Assembly: GCF_030684315.1 (NCBI RefSeq)
Contig: NC_081394.1
Coordinates: 2,666,001-2,730,000, forward strand
Direction: 5' to 3'
DNA: 64,000 nt
Origin: Stegostoma tigrinum
Lineage: Eukaryota
Part shown: positions 38,601-47,600 of the stretch, in pieces
Position numbering within the stretch: position 1 is the first letter of the stretch
Layout of the letters: the number at the start of each line of letters is the position of its first letter
The notes under the pieces: model-generated
Seen by the model: only the letters and a program-made list of their open reading frames with translations
What the model was told of the DNA's origin: nothing
The model's database searches: none
Translations under genes and position numbers: made by a program

Positions 38601-41600
38601 CGGTGAATCATGGAATCCCCACAGTGTGGAATCAGGCTGTTCGGCCCAACAAGTCCACACCAAGCTTCAGAAAAGCATCCTAGCCTGCTGCTGTAAGCCA
38701 TACATTTCCCATGGCTCACCCAGCTAGCCTGTACATCCTGGACACTAATGGGACAATTTAGCACGGCCGATCCTCCCTAACCTGCTCATCTTTGGACTGT
38801 GGGAGGAAACCGGAGCACCCGGAGGCAACCCACGCAGACACGGGGAGAATGTGAAAACTCCACACAGATGGTCACCCGAGGGTGGGATCAAACCCAGGTC
38901 CCCAGCTACCAGAGGAAGCGATGGGGGCTGCTACAGTTATAACATTTAAAAGGCATCTGGTTGGGGACATGGATGGGAAGTGTTTAGAGGGATATGGGAC
39001 AAATGCTGGCAAATGGGACTATTTTAATTTAGGTTATGTGGTTGGCATGAAAGAAGGGTCTATTTCCATGCTGGATATCTCTGTGACTCCATGCTAACCA
39101 CTGAGCCACCACCCAGCCCATTTCTTGTACTATCAACCAGTTATTGGCTGTGAAGTTACAAATATCTCGATGATGCCTCCCCTCTCTCCCAGTTCACTTC
39201 CTTTAAGACTTGACTCACACTGCTGCTTTAATCATCCATGCTGCTCGTGTTCTTGAGCAGTTAATTTCCCATACCACTGCCTCAGATCCACATATCTCTC
39301 GATTTTCTCTTGATTGAGGATTCCAGTCCTCTATCCATGCTGTGGATGACTGCATTTCAGACATATTCCCACTCTCTCTGTCTCTCTTTAGCTCTCACTC
39401 CTTCAGGCCTGCCCCCCTGGGTTTTTCCCCCCTCCCTCAATCTGTGGACCCACCATTCTGTGCCCTTCAATGAACACACTTTGCTTCTTTCAGTTCTGCC
39501 AACGAGGTGCCACCATAGATGTGGTTTACATTCCCATTTCAACCCTCTACCGCCTCCGCCAACTGCCCTCCTTCTCCCATAGTACTGTTCTCTTCATGCC
39601 AGGTCACTCACCAGGCCCTCACCTCTCCATTTCTCACTTACGGGTGTACGAAAGCCGTTACATCAGCATCATTTTCTGTTCATCTGTGGGATAGGGGCTG
39701 GCTGGGACAAGCATTTACTGCCCTGCCCCTAGTTGCCCACCTTGAGAAGGTGGGGGTGAGCTGCCTTTTTGACCCCGCTGCAATCCATGCTCTATGGGTT
39801 GACCCACAATGGCCCTTAGGGAGGGAATTCCAGGATTTTGACCCAGCAACACTGAAGGAACGGGGATACATTTCCAAGTCAGGATGGGGAGGGTCTCGGA
39901 GGGGAACTTGCAGGGGGTGATGTTCCCATGTTACTGCTGCCCCTTGTCCTTTTAGATGGAAGTGGTCGTGGGTTTGGAAGGTGCTGCCTGAGGGGCCTTG
40001 GTGAGGTTCTGCAGAGCATCTTGTGGATGGTACACACTGCTGCGACTGAGCGTCGGTGGGGGGAAGGGAGTGGGATGTTTGTGGATGTGGGGCCGATCGA
40101 GTGGGGGCTGCTCTGTCCTGGATGGTGTCGAGCTTCTTGAGTGTTGTTGGAGCTGTCCCCATCCAGGGACAAGTGGGGGGTATTCCATCCCCCTCCTGAC
40201 TTGTGCCTTGTCGATGGTGGGACAGGCTTTGGTGGGGGGGGGGGGCGGGGGGGGGGGGGGGGGGGGGGGGCGGTTCAGGACGGGAGTTACTCGCTGCAGG
40301 ATTCCCAGCCTCTGACTTGCTCTTGGAGCCGCTGTGTTTATGCAATGGGTCCCAGTTGAGTTTCTAGTCAATGGTAGCCCCCAGGATGTTGATAGCAGGG
40401 GATTCAGTGATGGGAATATCATTGAATGTCAAAGGGTGCTGGTCAGATCATCGCTTGTTGGAGACGGTCACAGCCTGGCATTGGGGTGGTGCAAATATTA
40501 TGTGCTACCTGTGGGCCCAGATCTTGAGATGATAAATATGGACCTGGAAATTCACAGCTGGTCAGGCAACAAGTGAGGAACAGGGAAGTTGATGTTTCGG
40601 GCCGAAATCCTTTATCAGGACCGGGGAGGGGGAGTGGAGCCCAGAAATAAATAGAGGGAGAGGGGTGGGTCTTGGGTGGGGGTGAGGGTAGGTAGGATGG
40701 AGATAGGTGAATGCAGGTAGGGTGTTACTGTTACTGTGGGTCAGTCAGTGGGATGTGTGGAGCGGATGAGGAACATGGACACATCGTTGGGAGGAGAGAT
40801 TTTGAAGCTATTGTCCAGATCTTGTTGTATTTGAACACGGACTGTTTTGGTATCTGAGGAGTTGTGAATGTTGCTGAAAATTACTTCCTTCCATTTCAAA
40901 ATTCCATGCTGGAAACACACCTTCAGGAATAGCAGTGATTTACAGGCACTCGAAACAGAAAAGAGTTTGCTTCACTTCTGATCATTTCAGCAGTTTTCAT
41001 CTTTCGGCTTACAAGTATCTCGGTAAAACCCCTTCACTGCAGACGAACGGTCAGTCCTGAGGGAAGGGCTCACCTGCATTCCCTTCCACCGACATGTCAA
41101 CGAATACCTCTCACACTTGGACGTTGAGCAGTTTTTCTGCAGCCTCCGCACTTACTTGTTTAATTGTGAACCTACCCCTCCCTCGACTGACCAGTTCTCC
41201 CACCTCCAACACACTCCGTCCTCCAGGGCACCATCCCAAGGTCTCCTACTCTCCCTCGACCTCTTCATCTCCAAATGCCGTCGTGACATCTATCGACTCA
41301 ACTTCTCCACCCCGTCACCCACTCCAACCTCTCCCACTGCAGAACGGGCAGCCCTCCGCTCCCTCCGCTCCCTCCGCTCCAACCCCAACCTCACCATCAA
41401 ACCCGCAGACAAGGGTGGCGCAGTGGTAGTATGGCGCACTGACCTCTACATCGCCGAGGCCAGACGCCAACTCTCCAACACCTCCTCCTACCGCCCCCTG
41501 GATCATGACCCCACCCCTGACCACCAAACCATCATCTCCCAAGCCATCCACAACCTCATTACATCAGGTGACCTCCCACCCACAGCCTCCAGCCTCATCA

Positions 41601-44600
41601 TTCCCCCACCCCACACAGACTGCTTCTATCTCCTTCCCAAAATCCACAAACCTGCCTGCCCTGGTCAACCCATTGTCTCAGCCTGTTCCTGCCCCACCGA
41701 ACTCATCTCCACCTATCTCAACTCCATTTTCTCCCCTTTGGTCCAGGAATTCCCTACCTACATCCCTGACACCACCCATGACCTCCACCTCCTCCAGAAA
41801 TTCCAATTCCCCGGTCCCCAACACCTAATTTTCACCATGGACGTCCAGTCCCTATGCACCTGCATTCCCCATGCAGATGTCCGAAAGGCTCTCCGCTTCT
41901 TCCTGTCCCCCAGGCTCGACCAGTCCCCCTCCACCAACACCCTCATCCACTTTGCCCGAACTCATCCTCGCCCTCGACAACTTCTCTTCCGATTCCTCCC
42001 ACTTCCTACAGACAAAGGGGGTGGCCATGGATACCCGCATGGGCCCAAGCTACGCCTGCCTCTTTGTAGGTTACGTGGAACAGTCCCTCTTCCGCACCTA
42101 CACTGGCCCCAAACCCCACCTCTTCCTCCGTTACATTGATGACTGTATCGGCGCCAGCTCATGCTCCCACAAGGAGCTCGAACAGTTCATCCACTTCACC
42201 AACACCTTCCAACCCAAACTCACATTCACCTGGGCCATCTCCATCATATCCCTCACCTTCCTGGACCTCTCTGTCTCCATCTCAGGCAACCAGCTTGTAA
42301 CTGATGTCCATTTCCAGCCCACCGACTCCCACAGCTACCTAGAATACACCTCCTCCCACCCACCCTCCTGCAAAAATTCCATCCCCTATTCCCAATTCCT
42401 CTGCCTCCGCTGCATCTGCTCCCACGATAAGACATTCCACTCCTGCACATCCCAGATGTCCTTGTTCTTCAAGGACCGCAACGTTCCCCCCACAGTGGTT
42501 GAGAACGCCCTTGACCGTGTCTCCCGCATTTCCCACAACACATCCCTCGCACCCCGCCCCCGCAATAACCACCAAAGCAGAATCCCCCTCGTCCTCACAT
42601 ACCACCCAACCAACCTCCGGATACAACGCATTATCCTCCGACACTTCCGCCATCTACAATCCGACCCCACCACCCAAGACATTTTTCCATCCCCACCCTT
42701 ATCTGTTTTCCGGAAGGACCACTCTCTCCATGACTCCCTTGTCTGCTCCACACTCCCCTCTAACCCCACCACACCCGGCACCTTCCCCTGCAACCGCAGG
42801 AAGTGCTACACTTGCCCTCACACCTCCTCCCTCACCCCCATCCCAGGCCCCAAGAAGACTTTCTACATCAAGCAGATGTTCACCTGCACATCTGCCAATG
42901 TGTACTGTATCTGCTGTTCCAGATGTGACTTCCTCTACATCCTGGGCCTCTTGCAGTGCCACAAAGATGCCACCCGAAGGTTGCAGGAACAGCAACTCAT
43001 ATTCCGCTTGGGAACCCTGCAGCCCAATGGTATCAATGTAGAATTCACAAGCTTCAAAATCTCCCTCCCCCGACTGCATCCGAAAAGCAGCCCAGCCCAT
43101 CCCGGCCTCCCTAACCTGTCCTTCCTCCCACCTCAAACCCCATCCCCATTTCCTACCTACTAACCTCATCCCGTCCCCTTGACCTGTCTGTCCTCCTTGG
43201 ACTGACCTATCCCTTCCCTGACTCCCCACCTACGCTCACCTTTACTGGCTCCATGCCCGCCTCTTTGACCTGTCTGTCTCCTCTCCATCTTCTATCCACC
43301 TCCCACTCTCTCCCTATTTATTTCAGAAGCCCCTTCCCCTCCCCCATTTCTGAAGAAGGGTCTAGGCTTGAAACATCAGCTTTCCTGCTCCTCTGATGCT
43401 GCTGGGCCTGCTGTGTTCATCCAGCTCCACACCTTGTTATCTCAGATTCTCCAGCATCTGCAGTTCCTACTATCTCTGCTTATTAATATACATGTGTACA
43501 GTGCAGAACAAATTTAAGATATCAACAGCATAGTTTGTTGTTTGCAGAAAGAAAGTGAATATGCAATTATACGATGCTACATTTGAACCAGCAATTGTCT
43601 GTTCTTGTACGCAGGATAATAGACCAAAAGATTCGAGAACAGCTTCTTCACCCTTGTTATTAGGCTTCTGAATGGACCTCTCCAATTTCAAATTTAATGT
43701 TGACCTCACTGTCTGTGCTCCTTCCCTGTCGCTGAAACATTTACTGTTCGCTCTGTTGTATTACTCTAATGCACTTTGATCTGCCTACACTGCAAGCAAA
43801 ACAAAACTTTTCACTGTACCTGTGTAAAAGTAAGAAATCAGATCAAATCAAATGTCTTTGCAGGCGAGACCAAATTCAAGATACCAACTCAAGCTTATTC
43901 TCACTGCAGTATCAATTTTTGCTCCTTCTTGGCATTCCTGCATCTGAGTATATTCAAGATGGAAATAGACAGGCTCTTGATTGTGAAGGGGGTCAAGGGT
44001 TATGGGGAGGAAGCAGGAGAATGGGGTTGAGAAACTTATCAACTCTCATCGAACAGCAGAGCAGAATCAATGGGCCAAATGGCCTAGCTTCTGCTCCTAT
44101 CTCTTCTGGTCTTACGGCCTGGCTGAGTGTGGGATGAATGACAGGTTACATTTTACGATCATGATAGAAGCTATCTTATCTGTCCTGCTTTATTCCTTCA
44201 GAGGAAGTCTATATCAACATTCCCAATCAAAGGAAGAAAATTGAACAGGTCAGTGAATCCTTTCAACTCATCTACAATCATGTCCCTTTTAATGATAACA
44301 GGCTGGTCCCTTTTGGGCTAATAATATGATTTTAAGCAGAACCACTTGTTAGAAATTGACACTTAATCTCCCAAAGAGTAGAGTAGGAAATAAAACATTC
44401 ACTTTATTATGGGCATGTATTTTAATATTTTTCTCAGGTGTGAAAGTAGGTATATAATGGCACAGTTATTACTAGCAGGTGCTTATTAATATTTATGAGA
44501 TATGTGTACAGTGTATAGTTTGTTGTTTGCAAAAAGTAAGAAAGTAAATATGCAATTATACAATGCTACTTTTGTACTAGCAAGTGTCTGTTCATATACA

Positions 44601-47600
44601 TAAGAAATACATAAACAGTAACAAAACAATTAAATGTGGACAGGTTTCGCATTGATGATGATATCACTTGAAGTGATGATGGTGTAAAATGCCACAAAGA
44701 ATCCCTGATGTGGAGGTCGAGGTCAGAAATCACGCAACATTAGGTTATAGTCCAACGGGTTCACTTGGAATCACAAGCTTTCGAAGCACTGCTCCTTTAT
44801 CGGGCGAAGTGGAAGGAACTGCACAGGCACAGAATTTATAGGCAGAGAGATCAAACAATCATACAAGTGGTCTGGGTGGAATGTCAACAGGCTGAATAAT
44901 AAACCTCTGCAGGTGATCAAAAGTGTCAGATGGTGTGAGTAAAGTGTCAACAGCTGAAGGGATGACCTATGATCTGATCAATTGAGGCAATGAGATAATT
45001 ACAAAAAACAATGAAAAATAAGGTGGCGATGGAGACAAACAAAATGGCTGCAAATAACATGATAGGTACAGGACCATAAGACCATAAGACATAGGAGTGG
45101 AAGTAAGGCCATTTGGCCTATCAAGTCCACTCCGCCATTTAAATCATGGCTGATGGGCATTTCAACTCCACTTCCCTGCACTCTCCCCGTAGCCCTTGAT
45201 TCCTTGTGAGATCAAGAATTTGTCGATCTCTGCCCTGAAGGAGTCACATGGTGAGGGTCTAACAAAAGTAACAAGTACTCTGCAACAATAGTAGTCTCGC
45301 CAACTTTAAGGGCACTTAAATGGTCATTGGATAAACATATGGATGCTAATGGAAACATGTAGGTTAGATGGGCTTCAGATTGGTGTCATAGGTCAGTGCA
45401 ACATCGAGGGCCGAAGGGCCTGTACTGCGCTGTAATATTCAATGTTCTGTATGTTCTATAATCCAAAACTGTATCAGCTAATTAAGGTAAAGAGTCAAGT
45501 TGCCAAGGTGATGGTGTCAGAGCAGGACAGTAAGGATGATTTTACAAACAAAAGAACAGTGCAGTGGGGTCACATGTAGCATGACATGAACCCAAGGTCA
45601 TGGTTGAGGCTGTCTTCATGGGTAAGGAACCCGATCAGTTTCTGCTCGGCAATCTTGCATTGTTGCTTTGGCGGATGTTTACCCAAAGACCCAAGGCCGA
45701 ATGTCCCCACCCGCTGAAATGATCCCCCACTGGTAGGGAACATCCCTGCCTGGTGAGTGTCGAATAGTGCCCATTCATTCATTGTTGTAGCATCTGCACG
45801 GTCTCGCCGATATACCATACCTCTGGCAGCATCTAAGGTAGACAACATTGGCCAAGTCACATGAGTGTCTGGGTGGTGTTCCTTTGTGTGATGGTAGTGT
45901 CCATGTCAATGATCTGGCACATCTTGCAGTGGTGACAGGGTTGTGTGGTGCTGTGGGTCGATGTTGCCGCGAAGGTTGGGTGGTGTGCTGCGAACAATGG
46001 TCTGTTTAAGGTTTGGCGGCTGTTTGAAGTCGAGAAATGAGGGGCATAGTGATGATGTTGGCATGGTGTTGGTCATTATCGCTGGAGTGTTGAAGGCTGC
46101 GGAGAGCGTGGCGCAGTCGCTTCGGTCTGGGGAAGTATTGGATGTCGAAGGGTACCCCATCGGCGCTATCTCGTGTCTGTCTTCTGAGGAGGTCATTATG
46201 ATTTCTCACTGTGGCACATGGAAACTGGCCATCAATGAGTTTTATACCCTGTTACTGTGAGGGTGTCTTTCAGCATTTTTAGGTGTCTGTTGCGTTCTTC
46301 CTTGTCTGAGCAGATCCTATGCATACACGGGGCTTGTCCATTGGGGATGGCCTCTTCCATCTATTTCAGGTAGAAGAGCAGCATCATGAGGTTATCCATG
46401 GGCTTGCAGTAGGGTGAGGCAGCAGTGTCTATCCTTGATGGATACACATATTGTCTAAGAGTGAGATAGATTTTGAAGAGTGACATTTAATATAAAATAG
46501 TGACATTTAAGCGACTGCTGGACATGCACATGGGCAGCAGTGAATTGAGGGGAATGTAGGTTAGGTTATTTTGTTTTTGGATGAGGATTATTCCACGGCA
46601 CAACATCGTGGGCCAAAGGGCCTGTACTGTGCTGTATTTTTCTATGTTCTATGTTCTAAGAGTGGTCATGGGGTGGACATGGTGCGGAGGCGCTGGTATT
46701 GGCCTGGGGCGGACAAAGTGATGACGGCTCCGAAAGCTTGTGATTTCAAACAAACCTGCCACACCATAACCTGGTGTCCTGAGTCTTCTGACAAAGAACC
46801 TTGCGACTGGAATTTTACAGAGAAGCGTACCAATTGCTTTCAGGCCTTTGTATCCCTGCTTTAGCGGAAACTAAAGCTCAACACTTTTATGGACCGTTTG
46901 ACACAGGTTTAAAGCAACTGGGGGAAGGACGAACAAAATGGTGAAGTTTTTTATTGACACGGTGAGCTGTTATGATCTGCCTGAAAGCCTGATAGTAACA
47001 GGAATACTAAAGAACAAAAACGAAAGTTGCTGGAAAAGCTCAGCAGGTCTGGCAGCATCTGTGAAGGGAAAAAAAGAATCAGAGTTAACGTTTCGGGTCC
47101 GGTGACCCTTCCTCAGGACTGAGGGAGGGTCACCAGACCCCAAACGTTAACTCTGTTTTCTCCTCCGCAGATGCTGCCAGACCTGCTGAGCTTTTCCAGC
47201 AACTTCCGTTTTTGTTCCTGATTCACAGCGTCCGCAGTTCTTTCGGTTTTTATTAGGAATCCGGAAGAATTGGGGTGGGGCGGGGGGTGCGTGCGTGGTT
47301 AGAAAATTATTTACAGCGGAAATAAATGAGGCCGCTCTAGGGGAAAACTCAAGATGAAGAGTGGAATATTTAGCAAGACCTTTGAAAGAACATGCTCGGG
47401 TGCAGTGGGTTCGGAAATCTGTATGACTTGAGACTCCAGTGACCACTGCAATATATTAATTTATTCCCAGAAAAAGATTGGAGGCATTGGTCATCTTATT
47501 CGTTGTCCAAATTGAGCCCATCATGTCTGCATTTCCCCTTCTGTTTCCCTTCCGGTCGAGGTCTATTCCAGAATATTCCATACCTGAAAACTCTTGTCTT

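Noticed and set aside
40991-41022. Possible extra cytoplasmic exon (ttcag|...|gtaaaa)
   Set aside because: Phase 1-0 clashes with exon 7, weak donor, abuts a Penelope element
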